Counted from the first letter of the stretch, positions 1-13,408 are shown. The stretch is 64,000 nucleotides of DNA from Myxococcota bacterium (GCA_039028615.1 JBCCHT010000038.1:52441-116440); one strand, 5' to 3'. Made by a program: numbers and translations. The notes: generated by a model not told the origin, from the sequence alone.

Positions 1-1491
1 GGGCGCTTCCAGTACGAGGATTCCGTCTACGAGAACGTGGGGGTGCGGCTCAAGGGCAACCACTCGTTTCGCTCGCTCGACGAGAAGGCCTCGTTCAAGA
101 TCAAGTTCAACGAGTACATCAGCGGCACGCGGTTTCTGGGGCTCGAGGGGCTGACCCTCAACAGCATGGTGGTCGATGGCTCGATGTTGCGAGAGTGGAT
201 CTCGTATCGAGTCTTCCGCCAGCTCGGTGTGCCCGCACCGCGAGTCGGCTATGCCGAGGTCTTCGTCAACGACGAACCCTACGGTCTGTACCTCAACCTC
301 GAGCCCTACGATGACTCGTTCTTGCAGCGGGTCTATGCCGATCCCACGGGCAATTTGTACGAGTCCGAGTCGAGTGCCGACATCCACGGTGACATCGAGA
401 AGTGGGATCAAGACGAAGGCTCGGACCATAGTCGGCAGGACATCGCGGCGTTCTCCGAGCTGGCGCAGCGCGAGGGCAACGAGGTGTTCTACGGCCCCGA
501 GTCGGTCGTCGACATGCCGCGCTTCCTCGCGTTCTTGGCCGGGGAAGCGATCGTGGGCCACTTCGACGGCCACATGGCGGGCCACAACTTCTTCATCTAC
601 CACGAGCCCGCGGCGGGAACGTGGACGTACCTGCCTTGGGGGCTCGACCAGGCGCTGGCCCGACGCCCCGACCCCTACGCCCAAAACGGCTTCTTGGGCG
701 ACAAGTGCCTGCACGACGAGCGCTGCCTGGTCGACTACGTGAACGCCTCGAATGTGGCGCTCACCCAGCTGGCCAAGATCGACTTCGAGGCCGAGGTGGC
801 GCAGGCCATCGAGCTGACCGACGACGCGATGCGCGAGGATCCGCGTCGCCCCTACTCGGTGGACACGGTGCTCTCCGGACGCGAGCGCTCGTTGGGCTAC
901 ATCACCACGCGCGCCGACGACTTGGCTCCCCCGCTCGATTGCCTGGTGGACGGCGAGCAGCCCGACGCCGACGGCGATGGCTTCGGTCCTTGCTTTCAGG
1001 ATTGCGACGAGAGCAATCCCGACATCCACCCCGAGGCCGAAGAACTCTGCGACGGGATCGACAACGATTGCTCCGGGTTCATCGACGACGTCCCGAGCTG
1101 CGAGTGCCCTTCGGTCACGGTGGAGGGGCGCACGTTCTATCTGTGCCTCAATCGGCTGACCTGGCTGCAGTCGCGTGAATACTGTGCGGAGCAGGGGCGG
1201 GTCCTGGCCCAGTTCGACAGCCCGGAGCAGATGGCCGAGGTCTGGGCGGCGGCGGACGAGATCGCGTCGGGGCGCTGGGCCATCGGCCTGAACGATCGCG
1301 AGGTCGAAGAGGACTACCGCTGGCCCGACGGCAGCGCGCCCACCTTCTCGGGCTGGGCCGAGGGCGAGCCGGCGCACGTGCTCGACTGGTTCGACTGCGT
1401 GTTCCTGCACGGCGACGGGCTGTGGCACGAGTGCAACTGCATCGAGAAGGGCTCGTTCATCTGCACCGACGACGAGTCGGCCGGCGAGTGA
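1..1491 (+). CDS. CotH-family kinase fused to a MopE-type metal-binding repeat and a C-terminal C-type lectin domain (5' end outside window)
   Basis: Frame is open from base 1. CotH-like motifs GVRLKGNHSFR, KASFKIKFNEY, YGLYLNLE, HFDG..GHNFFIY, YLPWGLD; MopE-type repeat DADGDGF..DCDESNPDIHPEAEELCDGIDNDCSG; lectin pattern TW..SREYC..WAIGLND..WPDG..W..GEP..DC..WHECNC..FIC. Confidence 0.85.
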   Translation, partial: GRFQYEDSVYENVGVRLKGNHSFRSLDEKASFKIKFNEYISGTRFLGLEGLTLNSMVVDGSMLREWISYRVFRQLGVPAPRVGYAEVFVNDEPYGLYLNLEPYDDSFLQRVYADPTGNLYESESSADIHGDIEKWDQDEGSDHSRQDIAAFSELAQREGNEVFYGPESVVDMPRFLAFLAGEAIVGHFDGHMAGHNFFIYHEPAAGTWTYLPWGLDQALARRPDPYAQNGFLGDKCLHDERCLVDYVNASNVALTQLAKIDFEAEVAQAIELTDDAMREDPRRPYSVDTVLSGRERSLGYITTRADDLAPPLDCLVDGEQPDADGDGFGPCFQDCDESNPDIHPEAEELCDGIDNDCSGFIDDVPSCECPSVTVEGRTFYLCLNRLTWLQSREYCAEQGRVLAQFDSPEQMAEVWAAADEIASGRWAIGLNDREVEEDYRWPDGSAPTFSGWAEGEPAHVLDWFDCVFLHGDGLWHECNCIEKGSFICTDDESAGE

Positions 1492-1739
1492 AGCCCGACC
1501 CGGGTGAACCGTCGTTTCGGGTCAGCACGGCACGAACACGACGAAACGGGCGGGCCTATGGCAGGCGATCCCGGGCCGCTGCGTTCGCGGCTACGTACTC
1601 GATCTGGGCCACGCGAACGCTGTGAGGGCCATCGTGACGAGCCCCGTGCCCATGCTCGTGAGCCGAGGCGGCCACCCTGGGTCAGGCTCGTCCCGAGAGG
1701 GGACCGACACGAATTGTCGCATTCGTCTACGATGAGGCA

Positions 1740-2231
1740 GTGGGAGCCGTCGAGCACCACGACTCGGGCGACGGCTCATTGATCCTCGATGACCGGTTGT
1801 TTCCCGTGGTCCTCGGCACGTGGATCGGTGAGATCGACGTGTCCATGGTGGAGCTGTACTACGGCTGGCTCGACGGCATGATCGAGCGGGCGGAATCCGA
1901 GCACACGCGAATCGTGACGGTGACCGATGGCCTCGATGCTCGGCGACCCCGAGGCGAGGTGCGACGCGCGTTTGCGGAGCACACCGATGCACGGCAGGCG
2001 AGCATGGACCGAGCGGTGATCGGCACGGTGGTGGCGACGCGCGGCCCCGTGCTGCTGGGCGCGGTGGCGGCCGTCTTCTGGATGATGCGAGGCGGTCCGC
2101 GCTTGCTGACCACGAGCGACATGCCCAAGGCGCTCGAGCGTACGCGCAAGATCTTGGTGGCCAACGGCGTGCGGCCGCCCCGTGACTTCGACCCGTCGCG
2201 CTACGAGCGACCGCCGCGGCCGAGCGGTTAG
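1740..2231 (+). CDS. Hypothetical alpha/beta protein, STAS/SEC14-like myxobacterial family
   Basis: 163 aa ORF with coding-like composition; pattern FPVVL.TW.G...IVTVTD....RP.GEVRR...GTVV....VLLGAVAAVFW. Confidence 0.55.
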   Translation: MGAVEHHDSGDGSLILDDRLFPVVLGTWIGEIDVSMVELYYGWLDGMIERAESEHTRIVTVTDGLDARRPRGEVRRAFAEHTDARQASMDRAVIGTVVATRGPVLLGAVAAVFWMMRGGPRLLTTSDMPKALERTRKILVANGVRPPRDFDPSRYERPPRPSG

Positions 2232-2593
2232 CGATACGGGCGGTAGGGCGGCGCTTGGCCGCGCCGCCGGGCACGAGCCCGGCTGTTTTGTTCGCGCACC
2301 GAGACCGCCCCGGCCACGATCATCGCGAGCTGAGCCGCGACCGCCACCGCGGTGTACATGCCTCGGGCCCGCGGCGAACTCTGCACGCGCGCGAGGTCGG
2401 TGGGCGGCGGCGGGAGCCGAGGGATGAGCGCCAGGTTGGGCGGAGGCTCGGGTTCGGCCTCGGGCTCGGTCGCATGCCGCAGATCGAGCGACGCCGTGTA
2501 GCCGATGCCGTCGTAAAACGGAGCCTCACCCCCAGCGGGCGGAGCCACGAGCACCACGGCCAATGCCACGCTCGTTCCAATTGCACCGACCAT
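2228..2593 (-). CDS. Small hypothetical membrane protein
   Basis: 121 aa with an N-terminal hydrophobic segment, a second TM segment and a basic C-terminus; lies directly downstream of the sigma54 activator. Confidence 0.55.
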   Translation of the reverse strand: MVGAIGTSVALAVVLVAPPAGGEAPFYDGIGYTASLDLRHATEPEAEPEPPPNLALIPRLPPPPTDLARVQSSPRARGMYTAVAVAAQLAMIVAGAVSVREQNSRARARRRGQAPPYRPYR

Positions 2594-2629
2594 GGTCTCA
2601 CCATAGCAGTCGGGCTCCAGCGGCGCGGG

Positions 2630-3996
<1,367 letters not shown>

Positions 3997-3997
<1 letters not shown>

Positions 3998-5508
3998 CAC
4001 CAGCTCTTGATCGTATGGAGGGCGCCCGAGCGCAGCTCGACCCATTGGGTGGTGCGCCCCAGCTGTGGGTTTTCCAGCTCCACCTCGTAGCGACCGGGCG
4101 GGAGCTCGACTTCGATGGGGACGCGGCCCTGCGGTTCGCCGTCGATGCGGACCTCGGCCCAGGGCAGGACGTTGATCTTGAGTCGGCCCGGCTCGACGTC
4201 GGCCGGGGGCGGCGTGGGCTTGCGTGGTTGAGTGGACGGCGGGCGAGCCTTGGGCTGAGGCTCGGGCTCGGCCGTCGGGGTGACGGGGGCAGCGGCGGGG
4301 GGCGCCAGTGATGGTTCCTCGGCCGTGGGCGCGGGCTCTGGTTCGGGAGGCGTTTGCGGCGTTGGCTCAGGCTGCCGGGCGCGGTCGCTCGTCGGCGTTG
4401 CTGCGGCGGTCGGTGGTTCGTCCGGGCGCGCCGCGAGGGACGGAGAGTCGTCCTCTTTCATGCCCCACTGCATCCACGCGACGAGTCCGAGCCCAAGGCC
4501 GAGCACGACGACCATCGGTATCCATCGCCCGCGCTCGGGGGCAGCGGGGGCCGGTGCTGCAACGGGAGCGGTCGCTTGGCGGTCTCCGTCGTCCTCGCCC
4601 AGCAGCGCCGAGTCCAGCGCGATGGCCTCGGCGACCGGAGCCTGCTTGCGCGCCCGTCGAACCCAAGACGAAAGCCGGCCCGGTCCAGCATCGACGTCTC
4701 GTGCGGCCCGCCAGCGCTGCAGCGCTCGCAGCAGCCTGTCGATGTCCGCGTACCGATCGGCGGGAGCCTCGGCCGTCGCCCGCTCGACGATCGCTCGCAG
4801 GTCTCCATCGATGCGGGGATCGAGGCTGAGTTCCTCGCGCTCGCCCTGCTCCAGCACGAGCTGCCCGAGCACCAAGCCCAGCGCATATTGATCGGCACGT
4901 CCGTCGACCCCTCGGCCCTGCGCTTGCTCGGGCGCGAGATAGGCGGGCGTACCCTTGACCACGCCGGGCAGGGTGTCGTCGCGCTCGTCGGCCACCTTGG
5001 CGATGCCGAAGTCGGCCAGCTTCACCACGCCATCGCGCGACAGCAGCACGTTCTTGGGTTTGATGTCGCGGTGCACGATCGCCAGCGGGGTGCCGTCCTC
5101 GTCGCTGAGCCCATGGGCGTAGCGCAGGGCGGCGGCGAGCTCCTCGACCACGAACAGCGCCTCGGACAGCCCCATGCGCTCGCGGTGCCGGGCCAGATCG
5201 CGGTGGAGGTCGAAGAGCGAGCAGCCGTCGACGTGCTCCATCACCACGTAGGGCTGCCCCGACTGCACGCCGAAGTCGAAGACCTGCACGATGTTGCCGT
5301 GCTGGAGCCGTTGGGCCAGTCGAGCTTCGCGGGCGAGGCCTTCGACCAGCTCGGGCTCGTCGGCGACATGAGGCCGCAGGCACTTGACGACGAGGCTCTT
5401 GGCAAAGCCCGCGGCGCCCTCGGCCGAGGCCCGGTAGACGTCGGCGACCCCTCCCGTTCCGATGCGCTCCCCGATGCGGTAGCGCCCCAACCGTCTGGCG
5501 ACGCTCAT
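3997..5508 (-). CDS. Membrane Ser/Thr protein kinase with Pro-rich linker and C-terminal PEGA-like domain
   Basis: [34 protein letters not shown]; one TM helix; [33 protein letters not shown]. Confidence 0.92.
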
Positions 5509-5537
5509 CGGCCACATGGTACCGTCCGAATTCGCCG

Positions 5538-6746
5538 ATGCCGGGCACGCGATCGACTGCGCTCGTAACCGCGTTGAGCCTGGGGTTGGCGGCGACGCCC
5601 GCGTGGGCGGGACCCACCGTGATGGTGTGGCCGGGCGAGGCGCAGGCGCCGGTTGCTCGCGCGGAGGCGTCGTTGCGCGGGTCCGGGCACGAGGTTCGAG
5701 CGCGGGCCGATGTCGACGCGGAGATCGGTGACCGTCGCGGAGCGCTGGCGCTGCAGACCCGCGAGCGTAGCGACGGCATCGAGCGTGCGCTGACCACCGC
5801 CGAGGGCCGCTACCTGAGCCAAGAGTTCGACGCGATGCTCGAGGGGCTTTCGGGGGCCGAGGCCGACGCGCTCGCCCTGGCTCGACCCGGGCACTGCGAG
5901 GGGCTGTGGGCGCTGCAGTTTCAGCGGGGTCTCGGTCGAGGCGCACGCGGGCTGCCAGGCGACGCCGAGGCGTCGGAGGATCGCTATGGCCTCGCGCTCG
6001 AGCTCGATGGACAGCGTCGCCCGCTGCACGAGGTGTACGGCCCGGACGTGAGCGCGGCGTTCTTGCGTGCCGTCCAGCGGCAGAGCCTGCGGGTGCCGAC
6101 GTCGGTCCCCGTGCAGGTGGAGCCGGCCGACGCCACGGTGGAGATCGATTGCCAGCCGGTGGATTCGCGGAGCCCCTCGTTGCGACCGGGGCTGCATGCG
6201 GTCCGGGTGAGCGCGCCCGGCTTCGCGCCGCATGTCGCCGTCGTGGACCTGCGGTCGAGCTCCACCGTCGATGTTCAGCTCGTGGCTCTGCCCGCCAGTG
6301 AGCGCGCGTCTCATCGCTGGGCCGACAGCACGGACTCCGAAGGGGTCGACGATGGATCCGAGTCGGCGCATGCCGCCGTGCTGTCCGTGGCCGAGTCGGA
6401 GGGGGCGGTCGCGGTCTTGGTGCTCAGCCCGGTCGAGGGGGGCTGGCGCGTGCGCCCCTGGGGCCGCGATGGCATCGGGTCCGCGGTGGAGCGTGCCGAT
6501 CTGGACGTCGCCCTCGATGCGGCGATGAAGCTGCTCGACGACGAAGGGCACCTGCACACCCCGGCGCCCGTGGTGGCCGAGCTTCCGCTGCAGGACCCAC
6601 CGACGGGGCGCCGCTCGGTGTTTCGCACGTGGTGGTTTTGGACCGCGGCCGCGACGGTCGTCGCCACCGGGGTCGCCGTCGGCCTGGGCGTGGGACTCGG
6701 TCGTCGTAGCTCCTCGCCCGAACAGCTGGTCATCGTGGCCCGCTGA
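5538..6746 (+). CDS. Exported PEGA-domain protein with myxobacterial C-terminal WWFW/Gly-rich hydrophobic segment
   Basis: Signal peptide (..ATPAWA); VQVEPADATVEID..LRPGLHAVRVSAPGF; RSVFRTWWFWTAAATVVATGVAVGLGVGLG. Confidence 0.75.
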   Translation: MPGTRSTALVTALSLGLAATPAWAGPTVMVWPGEAQAPVARAEASLRGSGHEVRARADVDAEIGDRRGALALQTRERSDGIERALTTAEGRYLSQEFDAMLEGLSGAEADALALARPGHCEGLWALQFQRGLGRGARGLPGDAEASEDRYGLALELDGQRRPLHEVYGPDVSAAFLRAVQRQSLRVPTSVPVQVEPADATVEIDCQPVDSRSPSLRPGLHAVRVSAPGFAPHVAVVDLRSSSTVDVQLVALPASERASHRWADSTDSEGVDDGSESAHAAVLSVAESEGAVAVLVLSPVEGGWRVRPWGRDGIGSAVERADLDVALDAAMKLLDDEGHLHTPAPVVAELPLQDPPTGRRSVFRTWWFWTAAATVVATGVAVGLGVGLGRRSSSPEQLVIVAR

Positions 6747-6763
6747 CGAGGCGCATCGCGAGC

Positions 6764-7681
6764 TCACTCGTCTGCGGGCTCCTCGTCCATGGCCGCGCAG
6801 GACAGCGTGACCTCGAGCGTCTTGCCCAGGGGACCGGTGACCTGCACCGTGTCCTCGCCCGTGTAGATCCACCGCAGCAGGCTGCCGGATCGGAAGCTCA
6901 CCTCCACCTCCCCCGCCTGCGGGCACGACAGCGGGCAGCGTCGGACGCCGCGGCTGCTGATCACGATGTCGCCCAGCGTCCCGTCGAGGGGCTCGTCGGT
7001 CTGCTCGATCTGGAGGCGGCTGCCGACCTCCATGTCCACGCAGCCGCTGTCATCGGTGCGCCAGCGGGCGGTGGAGAGCATGTCGAAGCGCGGGCCGATG
7101 CGGGTCTCGAGCGTGTAGCCGGGGCTGGTCTGCCACTGCATGGGCTCGGCCGGATCGACGGGGGCGCGCAGCCGAGCCGGCCCGGAGAAGCGGTTGCGCC
7201 GACCCTGGCGGGGCCCGAGGGCGAGCTCGGCGATGTCGAGCTCCCACGCGACGGCGGTCGGGCAGAAATCATCGGCACACGCGCTGGCGTCGGCTTGCTC
7301 GAGCTGCGCCACCGCCTCGACCTCGGCATCGAAGGTCCACGCCAGGACCGGACACTCGCGGAGGACTGCGGACAAGGCGGTGCCGTCGGCCTCGATTTGC
7401 AGCGTCTCGCACCCGAAGCGAGAGAATTCGTCGACCAGGGACTGGCGGGTGTCATCGACGGCCAGGTCGAGGAACGTCTCCGCGTCGTCCGCTTGCAGCG
7501 CGGGGTCGACCGCGAAGTGCAGGCCGAAGAACACCAGCCGAGGAATGCCCTCGAGGCTGCTCGCGGCCAGGCCCACCGCGCGGGTGTCCGAGACGTCGGG
7601 CGCGGACGACGACGCGGGCGCGGGGTCGCAGCCCAGCCCGAGCAGCAGCCCGATTGCCATGCGTGTCGCCCCGGTCCTCAT
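6764..7681 (-). CDS. Hypothetical lipoprotein, Cys-containing and beta-rich
   Basis: Lipobox-like LLLGLGC; GVRRCPLSCPQAGEV motif; start chosen at ATG 7681. Confidence 0.6.
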   Translation of the reverse strand: MRTGATRMAIGLLLGLGCDPAPASSSAPDVSDTRAVGLAASSLEGIPRLVFFGLHFAVDPALQADDAETFLDLAVDDTRQSLVDEFSRFGCETLQIEADGTALSAVLRECPVLAWTFDAEVEAVAQLEQADASACADDFCPTAVAWELDIAELALGPRQGRRNRFSGPARLRAPVDPAEPMQWQTSPGYTLETRIGPRFDMLSTARWRTDDSGCVDMEVGSRLQIEQTDEPLDGTLGDIVISSRGVRRCPLSCPQAGEVEVSFRSGSLLRWIYTGEDTVQVTGPLGKTLEVTLSCAAMDEEPADE

Positions 7682-7798
7682 CGATCGATCCTCACCGTGT
7701 TCATGGTGTGCACGCGCCGTACCGGATCGCGAGGCAATGATCTCGCAGGGTCGCACGGGGGACGGGCGCTGACCTCGACAGTTGTCCATGGTCGCTCG

Positions 7799-8266
7799 TC
7801 AGGGTTCGGGGCAGAACTCGGGCAGGGTGGTGGGGCACTCGTTGTCGGTGAGCGCCACGGTGAGGTCGGCCGTGCTCGTGGTGCCGATATCGGCGAAGCC
7901 ACAGACGAGGAACGGACCGTGGGCGTCGCACAGCCCGCCCGATCGTCCGATGACGGCCACCTGGTGCGCGGCGTCATGGTCGACCTCGACCAAGGGCTCG
8001 ACCTGTCTCAGCGCGTCTTGCAGATCGTCGCTGGTCTGTGGGGAGCCCAGATCGAGGGGGTAGAGGCAGCGCCGGGCCAGGGTGCACAGCTCGGTGGTCT
8101 GCTGGACGCCGTAGACCTCCACCGACAGCACGCCCAGCTCGCCCAGCCTCGGCTCGACCGCGCTGGCGTCGACGGTCAGGTGCAACTCGCGCACGCTCGC
8201 CGGGGGCGTGCACGCGGTCGCCGCACAAGCCGCCAAACCGAGCTGGATCGCCCACCGTCCGGCCAC
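7799..8266 (-). CDS. Hypothetical lipoprotein
   Basis: LGLAACAATAC lipobox-like segment, paired Cys, ends CPTTLPEFCPEP; start uncertain (GTG 8266 or TTG 8317). Confidence 0.55.
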   Translation of the reverse strand: MAGRWAIQLGLAACAATACTPPASVRELHLTVDASAVEPRLGELGVLSVEVYGVQQTTELCTLARRCLYPLDLGSPQTSDDLQDALRQVEPLVEVDHDAAHQVAVIGRSGGLCDAHGPFLVCGFADIGTTSTADLTVALTDNECPTTLPEFCPEP

Positions 8267-8363
8267 GAGCCGCAGGATAGCGTTCGATGGCTCTCCCGCA
8301 CCGAAACCCTCAACCAACGGAAAAATCTTGAATGTGGTGTTTGTTAGCTTTAGCTTGAGAGCA

Positions 8364-9314
8364 GTGCAATGGAGGGGCGGTGGACTCTGGGCCCTGGCGG
8401 CAGCGGCCGTCAGCTGCGCTCCTGGCGGCGAAGAGCCCTCGGGGTCGGCGAGTTCCAGTGGGTCCCTCGGCAGCACGAGCAGCGAAACATCGTCGTCGTC
8501 CTCGGGTCTAGGGAGCACCACCGGATTCGGGATGGAAGGCCCGGCCGACGACGAGTCGGGCGTGGGTTTCGTGGCGCCGCTGGATGTGGCGTGTGGCGAT
8601 GCCTCGGCTGCGACGTCTCCCCACTGCGCTCTGTGCAGCGTCCGAGAGCAGAATTGCATCGACGATTTCAAGTGCGTGCCCTGGGCCGAAGACGGCGGCG
8701 ACGCGTGGAACGGCACCCGCTGCATCGAGCCCCCACGCAGCCCGGTACAGCTCGGCGATCCGTGCACCATCGACGGCGGCCTCGCCTCCGGTCAGGACGA
8801 CTGCCCCAAGGGCTCGATGTGTTGGGACGCCGACCCGCGTACGGGGGCCGGTCGATGCGTCGCCTTTTGTGCGCCCGCAGACGACGACCCGGTGTGCCCC
8901 GCGGACACCGGTTGCATGATCGATGGCTTCGGTGTCTTGGCCCTGTGCCTGCCGCCCTGCGATCCGCTCGAGCCCACCTGCGAGGCGGGGCACAGCTGTC
9001 GCTACTTCCCCGCGAGCCAGGCCGCGTACTGCATCCCCGACGAGGGCGGCGAGGTGTTGGTGCCCACCGTGCAGTGTGGCGACGACACGGTGTGCGACGA
9101 GGCGCAGGTCTGCATCTCGGCCGGGACCTTCGGCGGCTGCGGAACGCCGAGTTGCTGCACCCTGTGGTGCGACGTCGACGATCCCGAGGCGGACGCCCAG
9201 TGTGCGGCGACCCGCGAAAACCACGTCTGCGTGCCGCTGTTCGATCGCGAGCCCATTGCCCCCGAAACTGCGCATCTCGGCTTCTGTGCGCTGCCTCCCG
9301 ACGAGCCGGAGTGA
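8364..9314 (+). CDS. Cys-rich lipoprotein, paralog 1 (KCxPWxxDGG.WN.TRC family)
   Basis: Lipobox AAVSC, Ser/Gly stalk, then C...QNC....KCVPWAEDGGDAWNGTRC..G.PC..DDCPKGSMCWD..CCTLWCD. Confidence 0.8.
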   Translation: MQWRGGGLWALAAAAVSCAPGGEEPSGSASSSGSLGSTSSETSSSSSGLGSTTGFGMEGPADDESGVGFVAPLDVACGDASAATSPHCALCSVREQNCIDDFKCVPWAEDGGDAWNGTRCIEPPRSPVQLGDPCTIDGGLASGQDDCPKGSMCWDADPRTGAGRCVAFCAPADDDPVCPADTGCMIDGFGVLALCLPPCDPLEPTCEAGHSCRYFPASQAAYCIPDEGGEVLVPTVQCGDDTVCDEAQVCISAGTFGGCGTPSCCTLWCDVDDPEADAQCAATRENHVCVPLFDREPIAPETAHLGFCALPPDEPE

Positions 9315-9318
9315 GACC

Positions 9319-10260
9319 TTGACCCTGCGCATTCGTCATTCGTCGTTGGTGGTGCTCGCCTCGTTCTTGCTCGCATGCAGAACGGAACAGAGCGCCGCGG
9401 GTGACTCGACGGCGGCCGAAAGCTCGGGTCAGCCCTTGCCCGGGCCGGGCACGAGCGGTGGCCCGAGCTCGACGCCGGCCGGCACTTCGGGCGAAGACAC
9501 CGGGCTCGGCCCCGAGGACAGCGGCGACTCGTCGGGCGGCGCTGCGTTTCTCAGCGAGCCCGACGGCGGCGGCACCTGTGTCGTCTCCGACGACGGCACC
9601 TGGCACTGCAGCGCCTGCGACGTGGTGTTGCAGGACTGCCCGGCCGGTGAAAAATGCATGCCGTGGGCCAACGACGGCGGCGGGGTCTGGAACGCCACCC
9701 GCTGCTCGCCGATCGCTCCCGATCCGGTCGGCCCCGGAGAGTCGTGCACGGTCGAAGGCAGCGCGACCTCGGGCTTCGACGACTGCGACCTCGACTCGAT
9801 GTGCTGGGGGGTCGACCCCGACACGCTCATCGGCACGTGCGCTCCGTTCTGTGACCCGATGCAGCCGCAAGAGCACTGCTCCGAGGCGGAGACCTGCGTC
9901 GAGGCCAACGACGGCGTGATCTCGCTGTGTCTGTCGCGCTGCGATCCGCTCCAGCCCGACACCTGCACCGAGGGGGAGACCTGCACCATTGTCGGGGGAG
10001 ACCCGGTCTGCGTACCGTCGTTCAACGGCGGGGGTCAGACCTGCGGGGAGACCCGATGTGACCCGGGGCAGCTGTGTGCTCCGGCCGACGTGGTGGCCGA
10101 GTGCGACGACACCTACTGCTGCACGCCCTGGTGCGATCTGGATGCTGCCGAACCGGACCTCGCATGCCCGGTCAGAGGAGAATTGTGTCAGCCCTATTAC
10201 CCCGATGGGGACGCCCCAGCGGGCTTTGAGCACGTCGGATACTGCGGTGTCCCGATGTGA
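9319..10260 (+). CDS. Cys-rich lipoprotein, paralog 2
   Basis: FLLAC lipobox, stalk, CDVVLQDCPAGEKCMPWANDGGGVWNATRCSP..DDCDLDSMCW..CCTPWCD; TTG start 4 nt after the upstream stop. Confidence 0.82.
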   Translation: MTLRIRHSSLVVLASFLLACRTEQSAAGDSTAAESSGQPLPGPGTSGGPSSTPAGTSGEDTGLGPEDSGDSSGGAAFLSEPDGGGTCVVSDDGTWHCSACDVVLQDCPAGEKCMPWANDGGGVWNATRCSPIAPDPVGPGESCTVEGSATSGFDDCDLDSMCWGVDPDTLIGTCAPFCDPMQPQEHCSEAETCVEANDGVISLCLSRCDPLQPDTCTEGETCTIVGGDPVCVPSFNGGGQTCGETRCDPGQLCAPADVVAECDDTYCCTPWCDLDAAEPDLACPVRGELCQPYYPDGDAPAGFEHVGYCGVPM

Positions 10261-10437
10261 TCTCACATGATGCCGCATCCGACGCGGTGAGCGGGTGAGC
10301 CGTTCTCGTCGGTCGCGCAACGGCGCATTCGAGCCAACCCGCCCGCATGGGGAGGGGAGTGTGTCGACGGTACGGCCCGTTCCGGCCGGCGATTGCTATG
10401 ATGGTGATTCGTGGCCTTCGGGCCACCGGTTCCGAGC

Positions 10438-11952
<1,515 letters not shown>

Positions 11953-11957
11953 CCGCC

Positions 11958-13319
11958 TCAGCCCGGCAGGTGGGCACGCAGGTGCTCGGCCACCGCGTCC
12001 ACTGCGGGCCCAACCGTGTTCGGGTCGTCGTAAAAGTCGAACTGAGTGCCCTCGAGCCAGCGGATGGGCTCGGCCTTCGGGACCGCGCCGTGGAAGCGAC
12101 GGGCTCCCTCGGGGATGGCGGCTTGCTCGGAGTGCACCATGAGCAGCGGAGCCCGTTGCTGCGCCGCGAAGGGGTGGGGGTCGAAGGTCAGCCACTCGGT
12201 CCACGCCATGGTGGCGAACGCGTTCGGCCAGGCCTCGACGGCTCCCCGTGCGGCGTCGAGGTAGTAGTCGAAGGGGCCGTACATCGCCGCGGACTCGTCG
12301 GTGGTGCTCACGGCGGGGACGTACTCCACCTCGCCCGTGGCGTCGTAGTGCGACTGGGCGGCGGCGGCTCGATCGAGGCGCTCCTTCACGCCCGCCTCGC
12401 CGCCGTAGATCGCTTCGACCAGGCCCGCGTCGTGCAGCCACGGCGCCACGAGAGCCACGGCACCGAGGCCGGGGGCGTTCACAGCCGCGCCCGCCACGAA
12501 CCCGGCTCCGGCGCAGATCCCCAGCGCGCCCACCGAGTCGGTCGCCACCCGAGAGTCTCGGCGGAGGAAGGCCACCGCCGCGGCGACGTCGGCCATCTTC
12601 ATCGACGCGGACTCGAGGTTGCGCGGTTGCCCTCCGCTCTCGCCGTAGCCCCGCGGATCGAAGGCGAGGGCGGCGAAGCCTCGCTTGGCCAGCTCGGCGG
12701 CGTAGCGCCCGGCCATTTGTTCCTTCACCGTGGTCCAAGAGCCGAGCACCACGACGCCGGGGTGCGGGCCCTCGCCCGTCGCCGGGCGATATAGATACCC
12801 GGCCACGCGCTCGCCCATGCTCGAGAAGCGGACCCGCTCGATGCGGACGCCGTCGGGCTCGGGCAGCGCCCGATCGCTCTCGCCCGCCTCCTGGAGGAGA
12901 TTGCGGTTGCCCGTTTGGTGGTGCACGTCGAGTCGTAGCGAACGAAGACGCCACTGGTCGTCGGCTCGCTCGAAGCCTGCCTCGTAGTGCCCCGCGACCA
13001 TCCACTCGTCTCCGCCGGGCAGACCCTGCGCGACGTGGTAGCCCCGCACGGGCACGTGGACGGTGGCTCGCCCGCCGTCGATGTCGGTGCTCCCCGCTCC
13101 GAGCATGTGCTGGGTCGCGTGCAGCGGGGTCAGCAGGGTCGTCCACTGGGCGACGAGTTCGTCCGCGGTGACTTCACTGGGTGGCGCGCCAAAGAGCGAG
13201 GCGTAGTCGGTCGTGACTCGGGCCGCCAGCTGCTCCCGCACCAACGACCAGTCTTGCTGGTCAATGCCGCGGAGCAGGAGGGCCATCGTGTCCATGGGGG
13301 TTGTGCTGATCGTGGTCAT
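11958..13319 (-). CDS. SnoaL/NTF2-like domain fused to an alpha/beta-hydrolase-fold domain
   Basis: N-terminal IDQQDW..TDYASLFG..TQHMLG..W.VAGHY; C-terminal GSWTTVKEQ, FDPRGYGESGG, nucleophile elbow GICAGAG. Confidence 0.85.
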   Translation of the reverse strand: MTTISTTPMDTMALLLRGIDQQDWSLVREQLAARVTTDYASLFGAPPSEVTADELVAQWTTLLTPLHATQHMLGAGSTDIDGGRATVHVPVRGYHVAQGLPGGDEWMVAGHYEAGFERADDQWRLRSLRLDVHHQTGNRNLLQEAGESDRALPEPDGVRIERVRFSSMGERVAGYLYRPATGEGPHPGVVVLGSWTTVKEQMAGRYAAELAKRGFAALAFDPRGYGESGGQPRNLESASMKMADVAAAVAFLRRDSRVATDSVGALGICAGAGFVAGAAVNAPGLGAVALVAPWLHDAGLVEAIYGGEAGVKERLDRAAAAQSHYDATGEVEYVPAVSTTDESAAMYGPFDYYLDAARGAVEAWPNAFATMAWTEWLTFDPHPFAAQQRAPLLMVHSEQAAIPEGARRFHGAVPKAEPIRWLEGTQFDFYDDPNTVGPAVDAVAEHLRAHLPG

Positions 13320-13408
13320 CGGTCTCGTTTTCCCGAGATCAAGCTAGTGCCCGTCATGGGTGAATGAAATGAAAATGAAAGAACACTATCTGTTCGTAAA
13401 ACGACCAG

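Noticed and set aside
8364..10260. The label 'ribulose phosphate epimerase', which I recall being attached to this Cys-rich family
   Set aside because: No TIM-barrel epimerase motifs; these are Cys-rich lipoproteins
13362..13381. gaatgaaatgaaaatgaaag short repeat
   Set aside because: Most simply part of the AT-rich divergent LysR promoter; too short to call as a separate element
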